DNA of 64,000 bases. It comes from Alphaproteobacteria bacterium (lineage in GTDB: Bacteria; Pseudomonadota; Alphaproteobacteria; Micavibrionales; UBA2020). A program made the translations under genes and the position numbers. This document shows, piece by piece, positions 9,476-17,350 of the stretch. The stretch lies in NCBI GenBank assembly GCA_025934695.1, contig JAICWS010000001.1, positions 151,301-215,300 on the forward strand. The letters run 5' to 3'. The stretch's first letter is position 1, and the number at the start of each line of letters is the position of its first letter. The notes below the pieces were generated by a model. The model was not told where the DNA came from, did not search any database, and saw nothing but the letters and a program-made list of their open reading frames with translations.

Positions 9476-9867
9476 GCAGCCTGCGCAAGACCTTCTGCAC
9501 CAACGCCTACCGCGTCATCAAGGACGGCCGGGAGCATATCCTGTTCTGGGCGATCATTACCTCCGGCCTCGATCCCGAAAAGGCCTTCGTGACCGAGCAT
9601 GATCTTTTCGCGGGAACATGCTCGTCCCATCCCGTCGCCGACCAGATGCCGCATGCGGATGCGTTCCGGCGCATCGTCGAGATCGAACGCGAGGCGGCTG
9701 CAAAATATCCTGTCGCCGGCGATGAGGCCTTCAAGAATCCCTCGGTGAACTGGCAACGGGAAGACATGGCACCTTGGCAGGAGCATCCGATGTACCAAAA
9801 AGAAATCAAGGACGAGGCGATGCGCCGCCTACGCGCAAAGAAGCCGCCGGGATTTGGGCTGAAATAG
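9472..9867 (+). CDS. hypothetical protein
   Basis: 131-aa ORF. TTG start overlaps the upstream stop (TTGA). No family recognised. Confidence 0.4.
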   Translation: MSSLRKTFCTNAYRVIKDGREHILFWAIITSGLDPEKAFVTEHDLFAGTCSSHPVADQMPHADAFRRIVEIEREAAAKYPVAGDEAFKNPSVNWQREDMAPWQEHPMYQKEIKDEAMRRLRAKKPPGFGLK

Positions 9868-9879
9868 GCGCGCGCCGTT

Positions 9880-10350
9880 TTACGGGTTGGGCTGTTTGAG
9901 CTTGAGCGGCCGATTGACGCGGATGTGCGAGGGGGGCGGGGCTGCGGCCGCCGCTGACAGGAGGTCGGCCGTTTCCTTGAGCCGCTCCGCGAAATCCGCA
10001 TCCTTTTCCTTGAGCGGTCTGTGCAGATCCACCAGCGCGGCAAGCACGGAGTTATAGAGCGTGATGCTGTTGGAGGACATGTCCAGATTCATGTGCAAGG
10101 TCTTCACCTGTTCCGCCGCCTCGCCGAATTTGCCCTCGGTGATCAGGTCCTGCGCGGTTTGCAGGTCGGCTGCCCGGTCGCGGAACCATGCCGCAGTGTG
10201 CACATTGTAAGGGCTTTCAAGAAAGCCTCTCATTACAATCGCGGAAAATCTGCCGCGCTTGCGGCTGGATTTCTCAATGATGGCGTTAAAGTCTTCCTTG
10301 AGGCTGGTCAGATTGTCGGCTGCCGTCTCGGCGCTCTTCATGACATCCAT
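9880..10350 (-). CDS. hypothetical helical protein
   Basis: ORF 9880-10383. ATG at 10348-10350 preferred because GGAG lies 6 nt upstream (rc of 10357-10360). Confidence 0.5.
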   Translation of the reverse strand: MDVMKSAETAADNLTSLKEDFNAIIEKSSRKRGRFSAIVMRGFLESPYNVHTAAWFRDRAADLQTAQDLITEGKFGEAAEQVKTLHMNLDMSSNSITLYNSVLAALVDLHRPLKEKDADFAERLKETADLLSAAAAAPPPSHIRVNRPLKLKQPNP

Positions 10351-10451
10351 ATGCTTCTCCATAAGATAGCAGGAGGCTAACATGAGATGCCCGACGCGTC
10401 AAAATAATTATGTAAATAAAAGGATAGCCTCTTGTCGAAGCTCATAATCAT

Positions 10452-10479
10452 TTGACAAATGTGCCGAAATCCTTATATT
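10452..10479 (+). promoter_or_regulatory. sigma70-type promoter of rpsD
   Basis: TTGACA (10452-10457), 16-nt spacer, TATATT (10474-10479). Confidence 0.5.
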
Positions 10480-10582
10480 GCCAGCATTCCCGGGAATGCG
10501 GGTGGCAGTCTCGTACTGCGACCCCGTCGCCTCCATGAGGGAGGGCCGAACTACCGGGACAATTTAAACATGAGTAAAAACA

Positions 10583-11197
10583 ATGGCTAAACGTCCACAA
10601 GTCAAACACAAAATTGACCGCCGCCTTGGCGTCAACCTCTGGGGCCGCCCCAAATCTCCGTTCAACAAGCGCGAATACGGTCCCGGCCAGCACGGCCAGA
10701 ACCGTAAAAAGCCCACCGACTACGGTGTGCAGCTCCATGCGAAGCAGAAGCTGCGCGGCTATTACGCGAACATCGGCGAGCGCCAGTTCTACCGCTATTA
10801 TGAAGAAGCGCGCCGCCGCAAAGGTGACTCCGGCCACAATCTGGTCGAGCTGCTCGAGCGCCGCCTGGACGCCGCGATCTATCGCATGAAATTCGTTCCC
10901 ACCGTATTCGCCGCGCGCCAGTTCGTGAACCACGGCCACGTGAAGGTGAACGGCAAGCGCATCACCGTCCCGTCCTATTCGCTGAAAGACGGCGACACCA
11001 TCGAAATCCGCGAAAAGAGCCGCACGCTCGCACTCTACATCCAGGCGACTGAAGCTCCCGACCGCGAAGTCCCCGGCTATTGCGAAGTCGACCACAAGGC
11101 CGGCACGGGCAAGTTCGTCCGCGGCCCGAAACTGGAAGAGGTCCCGTACCCCGTCCAGATGGAGCCGAACCTCATCATCGAATTCTATTCGCGTTAA
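10583..11197 (+). CDS. rpsD: 30S ribosomal protein S4
   Basis: 204 aa. [19 protein letters not shown]... N-terminus and S4 RNA-binding domain ([11 protein letters not shown]). Confidence 0.95.
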   Translation: MAKRPQVKHKIDRRLGVNLWGRPKSPFNKREYGPGQHGQNRKKPTDYGVQLHAKQKLRGYYANIGERQFYRYYEEARRRKGDSGHNLVELLERRLDAAIYRMKFVPTVFAARQFVNHGHVKVNGKRITVPSYSLKDGDTIEIREKSRTLALYIQATEAPDREVPGYCEVDHKAGTGKFVRGPKLEEVPYPVQMEPNLIIEFYSR

Positions 11198-11213
11198 TCT
11201 TCGCGCAGGGTTC

Positions 11214-11250
11214 AAAAAAAGCCGCTCCGAAAGGGGCGGCTTTTTTATTT
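11214..11250 (+). terminator. rho-independent terminator after rpsD (A-run/T-run flanked)
   Basis: AAAAAAA-GCCGCTCC-GAAA-GGGGCGGC-TTTTTTATTT. Confidence 0.75.
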
Positions 11251-11268
11251 GCGCGCCTATGGCGATGG

Positions 11269-11297
11269 TTGACATATCCAGGAAATATTATTATACA
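11269..11297 (+). promoter_or_regulatory. sigma70-type promoter of paralogue 1
   Basis: TTGACA (11269-11274), 17-nt spacer, TATACA (11292-11297). Confidence 0.45.
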
Positions 11298-11324
11298 TAA
11301 CGTAATAATAAGGAGATCTTCCCG

Positions 11325-11945
11325 ATGTTTTTCAGGCAATACCGCGACAATAAAAGGCAGACAGCCGCCGAGGCGCGCCAAAAAATGATCGATGCCGTGC
11401 AGACGCGTATCGATGCTGCCGCCAATATCATGGATCCGTCCGAAAAACTGCTGACGCTCGAGCAAATCGGCCAGGATATCGCTGCGCAGAAGTATGACAT
11501 CGAGAAGACGGCCCGTCTTGCGGGCGAGAACCGCTCTATGCTGGCAGCGCTGGGCACGGGGACGGCAGTCATCAGCATCGGCTTCGGCATCGTGTCGGTC
11601 TGCGCTTGTCCACCGGCCTTTATGCTGCTGGCGGTGCTTCCCGGCTGCATCGGCGGCATCGCCGCCGGCCAGAAAGTCAAAGACACCATTCGCGGCCATG
11701 CGCAGGAAGAGGTGCAAGCTTCCCTTGAGGCGATGGAAGGAAAGCGCGCCGCGCTTCAAGCCATGTCCGACGTGATCGTTCGTGAAAATCTCGAGGCTCT
11801 TGTCGCCTCGCCGCACTTCGCTGAATTGCGCGAGAAATCCGGGCTGAAGGAAAGCTTCATGAACGCCCTGGAAAAACGCATCGCCGGCAACGACGCCGTG
11901 CCCGCGGCCGCGCCGAAAAAGTCCGAAGGCGGGCTGAACCTTTAA
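11325..11945 (+). CDS. hypothetical membrane-hairpin protein, tandem paralogue 1
   Basis: 206 aa. Basic N-terminus MFFRQYRD, DPSEKLLTLEQ, two adjacent hydrophobic helices joined at CPP, then SPHFAELREK. Aligns along its whole length with the next two ORFs. Confidence 0.6.
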   Translation: MFFRQYRDNKRQTAAEARQKMIDAVQTRIDAAANIMDPSEKLLTLEQIGQDIAAQKYDIEKTARLAGENRSMLAALGTGTAVISIGFGIVSVCACPPAFMLLAVLPGCIGGIAAGQKVKDTIRGHAQEEVQASLEAMEGKRAALQAMSDVIVRENLEALVASPHFAELREKSGLKESFMNALEKRIAGNDAVPAAAPKKSEGGLNL

Positions 11946-11969
11946 AGATTCCACCCGATTTTCCGTCTC

Positions 11970-11997
11970 TTGACATGTTGACATAAGCCTTTAACAT
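11970..11997 (+). promoter_or_regulatory. sigma70-type promoter of paralogue 2
   Basis: TTGACA (11970-11975; a second TTGACA at 11978-11983), 16-nt spacer, TAACAT (11992-11997). Confidence 0.4.
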
Positions 11998-12020
11998 GCT
12001 CTTCGATCAAGGAGCATGCG

Positions 12021-12644
12021 ATGTTTTTCAAGAAGCGACGCGACGCCAAAAAAGCGGCCGAAGCGGATGCGCGCCAGCAGGTCGTCAAGGACTTGCAGGA
12101 GCGTTTCGATACGGCCATGAACTGCACCGACCCGGCCGAAAAATTCATGAAGCTCGAGGAAATCCGCGAGATGGTCGACGCGGCGACAGGCACGCTGAAA
12201 GGCAATATCGTCAAGAGAGCGGGCGAGAACGGCCAGTTCACCTTCCTAGGCTCGATGAGCGCGGGCACGGCTGGCGCCTGGGTTATTGCCGGGCTGCATT
12301 TCCCGCCGCTGCTAGGCCTGGTCGGCATCGTCGCCGGCATGTACGGCGGCCTTTATGCCGCCAAGGGAATGGTCACGCATTCCGCCCGCAAGCAAATGGA
12401 ACACAATAAGCCTTTCATCGACGCGCTCGAGGCCGAAAAGGCGAAAGCTGTCGCCGCCGCCGACGAGGTTCTCGACAAGCGCCTGCGCGACATGGCCTCA
12501 TCGCCGAAGTTCGGCGAGCTGGTCGACAAGGTGCCGCGTGTGCGCGAAGCCTTCACGAAGGCCTACGGCAGGAAAATCGCCGAGGAAAACGCTTTCGATA
12601 CCGAGCAGAAGAAGCGACCGCGGGACAACGGCTTCCGGCCTTGA
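12021..12644 (+). CDS. hypothetical membrane-hairpin protein, tandem paralogue 2
   Basis: 207 aa. MFFKKRRD, DPAEKFMKLEE, hydrophobic hairpin with FPP, SPKFGELVDK, C-terminal GFRP. GGAG lies 6 nt before the ATG. Confidence 0.6.
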   Translation: MFFKKRRDAKKAAEADARQQVVKDLQERFDTAMNCTDPAEKFMKLEEIREMVDAATGTLKGNIVKRAGENGQFTFLGSMSAGTAGAWVIAGLHFPPLLGLVGIVAGMYGGLYAAKGMVTHSARKQMEHNKPFIDALEAEKAKAVAAADEVLDKRLRDMASSPKFGELVDKVPRVREAFTKAYGRKIAEENAFDTEQKKRPRDNGFRP

Positions 12645-12697
12645 CTATTTTAACATAAGATTGGAACCTGTCCGCGCGGCCGCGGCATTATGGACGC

Positions 12698-12725
12698 TTG
12701 ACTTGTTGCCATAAGCCGATAGCAT
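12698..12725 (+). promoter_or_regulatory. sigma70-type promoter of paralogue 3
   Basis: TTGACT (12698-12703), 16-nt spacer, TAGCAT (12720-12725). The ORF-track ATG 12724 lies inside the -10 box, which supports the 12769 start. Confidence 0.4.
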
Positions 12726-12768
12726 GCCTGCACGTACACCAACTTCGGATAAAGATCGGGGACATGCC

Positions 12769-13386
12769 ATGAAATGGTTCAAGTCGAAAGCTGCAAAGCG
12801 CGCGGAAATGGAAGAGGCGCGGCAGGGCATCCTCGATGGTTTCCAGCGCCAGATCGAAGAGGCCGAAAAAACCGCCGATCCCGCCGAACGTTTCCTGAAA
12901 CTCGAAGAGTGCAGGGATTCCATCGACCAGGTCCTTGCCGCGACGAAGGGCCAGATCGGCCGCGCGGCGGTCGATAAAGGCCAGAACGCCTATCTCGGCA
13001 TCGCGGGCAGCGCGACCGTCGGCACCGGCGTCCTCGTTATCGGCATGCATTTCCCGCCGGCGCTGCTGTTCCTGGCATGGCCCGGCATCTTCGCCGGTAT
13101 TTTCGCCCGCAAGAGCGCCACGGACAATGCGAACGCGCGGATGCTTCAGGAGGCGCGTCCGTTCTTCGACCGTCTCGAGGCCACGAAGGGCCGCGCCGAG
13201 GTTGCCGCCGACATGATCCTCAAAAACAATCTGACCGACCTTGCGACCTCGCCGCGCTTCGACGATATCGTCAAAAAGGCGCCGCGCGTCCGCGACCATT
13301 TCACTGCGGCTTTCGCCCGTGAAATCGCGAAGAAAGAGAATCCGAAAGATTCCAGACCCAATCCGGGCAACGGCTTCAGGCTCTGA
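12769..13386 (+). CDS. hypothetical membrane-hairpin protein, tandem paralogue 3
   Basis: MKWFKSKAAKR, DPAERFLKLEE, hairpin with FPP, SPRFDDIVKK, C-terminal GFRL. GGGGA lies 6 nt before ATG 12769. Confidence 0.6.
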   Translation: MKWFKSKAAKRAEMEEARQGILDGFQRQIEEAEKTADPAERFLKLEECRDSIDQVLAATKGQIGRAAVDKGQNAYLGIAGSATVGTGVLVIGMHFPPALLFLAWPGIFAGIFARKSATDNANARMLQEARPFFDRLEATKGRAEVAADMILKNNLTDLATSPRFDDIVKKAPRVRDHFTAAFAREIAKKENPKDSRPNPGNGFRL

Positions 13387-13480
13387 CGCCTGTCGCCTCG
13401 CGGCGATTTTTGCCTTTAGACGCAGTCACATGGTGACATTTCCGGCTGGCACGAGTTGCGCCGTTTGCACCTTGTCCTAT

Positions 13481-14773
13481 ATGATGGAAGTATCTGCATT
13501 TCCCCGCGAAGACGGTCGCATGTTGACACCGGAACTCACGCTCCAGCAAGACGCCTACCGGACGCATATCGCTTACCGGTTTTTCGGCGACCATGTCGAA
13601 TATACGATTGTCGACGGCCGGGGCGACCGGGCCTCCTTCAGCGTCAAATACGAGGATGCGCCCTCGCGCTTCGACTATCGCACCTTCGAGCCCTACCGTC
13701 CCGTCGCACCCCTCCAGCTCTGCGTCCTGATGACGCTGGCGCTGTGCCTGATAGTTCTCTATCCGGACAACTCGCTTGAAATGCTGGGCGCCGTCGCGGC
13801 ATCCGGCGGGATATCCATGGGCCTGACGCACTGGCTGCGCCGGAGCCGCTTTCGCAAGCTCTATACGTCCATGCCGACGCGCAACGGCAAGCTGTTGATC
13901 CTGCGCGACGGGCGGCACGATGCGATCGTCCGTGAAATCGAGACGCGCCGCCTCCAGGCGCTGCGCAAATACGCGATGTCCGACGCCCTCGACGCGCCGC
14001 AAGCGGCGATCCGCCGCCTGCGCTGGCTGAAGGAAGAAGGCGCCATCAATGCGCTTGAGTTCGACAGATATCGCCGCGCGCTGGGTCCGGTCTCTCTTTC
14101 GCCCGATCCCTTGCCGGACGACTATGACACGGCGCCGCTGCGGCTGACGCAGAATGCATATCGTTTCCATTCCGTGTTTTCTTTCGAACCCGATCACCTG
14201 CGCTGCGAGGCCTTCGACGGTTCGCTGTCGGCTTTCAACGTCCATTACCGCGACCTGCCGCATCCGACCGAATACCGGACCGTGACGAAGCGGGAAGGAC
14301 TGGCGGCGCTCGTCCTGTGCCTGGTGACGCTGCTGGGAATGGCCTTGGTCAATATCGTGGCGGGCAATCATTATTACGAGACCGCCGCCGGCGCACGCCA
14401 GATGCTGACGGCGGCGACCATATATGTCTGCGCCTCCGCGTTTCTCGTCTTCGGCGCGCGGCGCCAGGCGCGCAAGGAATTCACGCTGGTGCCGGTCGCG
14501 ATCAAAGGCGTTACGATCCGTGTGCTGAAGGACGCGCAGCACGATCGCATCATCGGCGAAATGCAGAACCGCCGCCTTGCCGCGCTTCGCACCCAGGCCG
14601 TCATCGACCGCGCCAACTCGCCCCAAGGCGAACTGCGCAAATTCATATGGCTGAAAGAGCAAGGCGCCATCACCGACCGCGAGTTCGAGGATTTCCGGCA
14701 GCGGTTGATGGACAGGGTGTCCGAACGCCAGTCCGTGCCATCAGCGCGGCCACCGTCTGAAACACTGCATTAA
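13481..14773 (+). CDS. internally duplicated membrane protein with two SHOCT-like motifs
   Basis: Two homologous halves: L.Q.AYR..., hydrophobic helices, LKDGRHD/LKDAQHD, RRL.ALR, then LRWLKEEGAINALEFDRYRRAL or FIWLKEQGAITDREFEDFRQRL. Start uncertain (13481, 13484 or 13520). Track start 13241 overlaps the previous gene. Confidence 0.55.
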   Translation: MMEVSAFPREDGRMLTPELTLQQDAYRTHIAYRFFGDHVEYTIVDGRGDRASFSVKYEDAPSRFDYRTFEPYRPVAPLQLCVLMTLALCLIVLYPDNSLEMLGAVAASGGISMGLTHWLRRSRFRKLYTSMPTRNGKLLILRDGRHDAIVREIETRRLQALRKYAMSDALDAPQAAIRRLRWLKEEGAINALEFDRYRRALGPVSLSPDPLPDDYDTAPLRLTQNAYRFHSVFSFEPDHLRCEAFDGSLSAFNVHYRDLPHPTEYRTVTKREGLAALVLCLVTLLGMALVNIVAGNHYYETAAGARQMLTAATIYVCASAFLVFGARRQARKEFTLVPVAIKGVTIRVLKDAQHDRIIGEMQNRRLAALRTQAVIDRANSPQGELRKFIWLKEQGAITDREFEDFRQRLMDRVSERQSVPSARPPSETLH

Positions 14774-14813
14774 AACTTCCCTATCACATTGAAGATCAAT
14801 AGAAAGTATCCTA

Positions 14814-14841
14814 TTGACATAATACTGATATATCTTATAGA
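14814..14841 (+). promoter_or_regulatory. sigma70-type promoter
   Basis: TTGACA (14814-14819), 16-nt spacer, TATAGA (14836-14841), 33 nt before ATG 14874. Confidence 0.45.
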
Positions 14842-14873
14842 CTGCCGCATATTCACCATGCAAAAGGGCTGTC

Positions 14874-15545
14874 ATGTTCAATTTCAAAAACAAACTTTCC
14901 CGGATGTTCCAAAGCGCGCAAACGAACCAGCTCGAAACGCTGTCGGAAGCGGCCGATGCCGGCAATGAGGCGGAAGTCGCGCGCATCCTGCGCCACCCCA
15001 AAGGAAATGTTTACAGGCTGATCGAAGACGCCGCCTTTGCCGCCCTCGATCGCGGCAATGAAACGGGCTGGAAGACGCTGGTCGATTGCACCGCGGAACT
15101 GGCCAAGCCCCTCGATGCGGATTCGAAAACCTACCTGTTCCGGCAACTCTTTTTCGGCAATGCCGGTTATCGCGGCACGCCCGCCATGGTCGACACCGTG
15201 CTGACGGCGGTGGAAAAGAACGGGCTCGGCGTCGAATTCGACATGGACAAGCAACTGGCCTTCTTCGTGGGCGGGTCTGACAAAGACCCGAAATTCTCCG
15301 CCATCTCCGACATCCTCATCAAGCATGGCGCGAACCTCGACAAGCTCCCGGCGATTTATGGCGACTGGATCACGCAGACGACCCAAAACTGGGACAAGAC
15401 CATCGGCGAAGCCCAGGCCGAGGTCGACGTCTTGAAACAGCGCAAGGAAGCCGGGCTAACCAACCTGAATGAAAGCGCGGAAGCCGCGAAAAAATTCACC
15501 GCCGCGCGCAAGCCTGCGTCGCCCACGCCGGGCAATACGCCGTAA
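14874..15545 (+). CDS. hypothetical protein
   Basis: 223-aa ORF with its own promoter. The segment EAADAGNEAEVARILRH is weakly ankyrin-like. No family recognised. Confidence 0.5.
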   Translation: MFNFKNKLSRMFQSAQTNQLETLSEAADAGNEAEVARILRHPKGNVYRLIEDAAFAALDRGNETGWKTLVDCTAELAKPLDADSKTYLFRQLFFGNAGYRGTPAMVDTVLTAVEKNGLGVEFDMDKQLAFFVGGSDKDPKFSAISDILIKHGANLDKLPAIYGDWITQTTQNWDKTIGEAQAEVDVLKQRKEAGLTNLNESAEAAKKFTAARKPASPTPGNTP

Positions 15546-15658
15546 GGGCGCGCATAACGTAAGGCAGCAGGCCCAGCCTTTTCAATGAATTGGCGGTGAT
15601 AACGGCTTTTTTACCCGCCTCACCTTATAATAGTGCTGGACGATGGCAGGGAGCCCGG

Positions 15659-16531
15659 ATGACCGGCATCGACAAGAGCATCGCAAAGGAATTCAATGAC
15701 GAGTCCGCGCTAACGCGTCCGGACCCGATGACCGATGCGGAATATGCGGCTGCTTTCGCCAGAATGGCGACGGATTACTTCACCGCCGCGACGTCGGCCG
15801 AGCTTCCGCAGCTTCTTTATGTGACGGGACTGCCCGGCGCCGGCAAAAGCACCTACGTGAAAAACGCCATGTCGGAGCGCCCCGAGCTTGCGGGCTTTGT
15901 GCATATCAATTTCGACGATCTGCGGATATATCATCCGCGCTATGCCCGGCATGTCGCGCAGGATCCGCTGAACGCCGCCGCGCGCATCGATACGGCGGTC
16001 GAAGGTCTCATCGGCTGGCTAAGCGAAGAGGCTGCGCGCCGCCACGTGAATGTCCTGCTCGATGACGCCGCCATAGGAGCGGGAATGACGGAGATGATCC
16101 TGTCGCCGTTCCAGAAACAGGGATATGCCATCGAGGCGGCGGTGATCGCTACGCCTTCGTCCATCGCGCGGCAGGCCGTACACCTGCGGTTCGAGGAGAA
16201 TTTCGCCGTGGCGCAGCGCGGGGAGCCCGTCATACCTCGCTGGGTCAATACCGCCGAACAGGACAATGCGCCGGCCGCGCTCGTGGAAACGGTCGAAACG
16301 CTCGCCGACAAGGGAATTTCCGGCAAGCTTTCCGTGATCACGCGGGATGCCCGCGTTTTATATGAAGGGAACGCCAGCCCCGACGCATCCAAAGCCGTGC
16401 GCGAAGAAATGACGCGGGAGTTGACGGATCCGGAAAAAACGTCCTACCAGTCTGCTGCCGCGCGCATCGCGGCGCTCGTCAATCTCCGGATGAAGGCGAT
16501 TGGCCCGTCAGCCCATCAGCCGAAGCCCTGA
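15659..16531 (+). CDS. zeta-toxin-family P-loop kinase-like protein
   Basis: Walker A LYVTGLPGAGKST followed by a FDDLR... layout typical of the zeta toxin / AAA_33 kinase fold. ATG 15659 follows GGGAG. Confidence 0.55.
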   Translation: MTGIDKSIAKEFNDESALTRPDPMTDAEYAAAFARMATDYFTAATSAELPQLLYVTGLPGAGKSTYVKNAMSERPELAGFVHINFDDLRIYHPRYARHVAQDPLNAAARIDTAVEGLIGWLSEEAARRHVNVLLDDAAIGAGMTEMILSPFQKQGYAIEAAVIATPSSIARQAVHLRFEENFAVAQRGEPVIPRWVNTAEQDNAPAALVETVETLADKGISGKLSVITRDARVLYEGNASPDASKAVREEMTRELTDPEKTSYQSAAARIAALVNLRMKAIGPSAHQPKP

Positions 16532-16561
16532 ACAATAATTGCGGTGTGAGGCATTCCCGCG

Positions 16562-17347
16562 TCACTTCCAGCTGCGCTTGCCCGCGAGGCACGACAGGAT
16601 GCCGTGGAACGTGCGCACGTCCTGCTTCGTCATGCCCGAGCGGAAGAAGAAGTTGCGGATATTGCGCATGATGGTGGGACGCTGCTCGGGGCTGCGGAAA
16701 AAGCCGCCCTTGGCGATCTCGTCTTCAAGGTGACCCATCAGGTTCTCGATATCGCCCTTCTGCGCGGGTTCGGTGTCCCCCAGCGAACGCTCGATCTCCA
16801 TCAGCTTGAATGGATTGTCCGCCGTGAGCCAGGCGTAGCAGGCCAGCAGCACCGCCTGCGCGAGGTTCAGCGATGAAAAGCCGGGATTGAGCGGGATATT
16901 CAAAATCGCATCGGACAGCGCGACATCGTCGTTTTCGAGGCCCGTGCGCTCGGGGCCGAACAGGATGCCGCATTTCTGCGTTTTCGCGGCGTTCTTTTCG
17001 TGGATCAGCTTTGCCGCGGCTTCGGCCGTGCAAATGTCCTTCACGACGCCCCGGTTACGCGCCGTTGTGGCCAAAACATATTCGAGGTCGGCCACGGCTT
17101 CCTTGGTCGTCTCATAAAGCTTCGCGTTTTCGAGGATGCTCGCGGCTCCCGACGCGGCAGAGACCGCAGCCGGGTTCGGCCAGCCGTCGCGCGGTTTGAC
17201 GATGCGCAGTTCGGTGACCGCGCAATTCAGCATCGCGCGGGCGCACATGCCGATGTTCTCGCCCAGCTGCGGATGAACGAGGATGACGGCAGGCCCGAGC
17301 GGCGCGGTATCGGGCAGGGTGCCTCTTGCTGTGTTGGTTCCGGCCAT
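16562..17347 (-). CDS. SpoU/TrmH-family RNA 2'-O-methyltransferase (TrmJ/LasT-like)
   Basis: ENIGMCARAM, FGPERTGL and LNLAQAV SPOUT motifs. Starts 4 nt after the gltX stop. Confidence 0.8.
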   Translation of the reverse strand: MAGTNTARGTLPDTAPLGPAVILVHPQLGENIGMCARAMLNCAVTELRIVKPRDGWPNPAAVSAASGAASILENAKLYETTKEAVADLEYVLATTARNRGVVKDICTAEAAAKLIHEKNAAKTQKCGILFGPERTGLENDDVALSDAILNIPLNPGFSSLNLAQAVLLACYAWLTADNPFKLMEIERSLGDTEPAQKGDIENLMGHLEDEIAKGGFFRSPEQRPTIMRNIRNFFFRSGMTKQDVRTFHGILSCLAGKRSWK

Positions 17348-17350
17348 TGC

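Noticed and set aside
13241-13480. N-terminal 80 aa of track ORF 13241-14773.
   Set aside because: This part overlaps the 3' end of paralogue 3 in another frame and is Arg/Ser-rich. The homologous repeat unit of the protein only begins near 13520.
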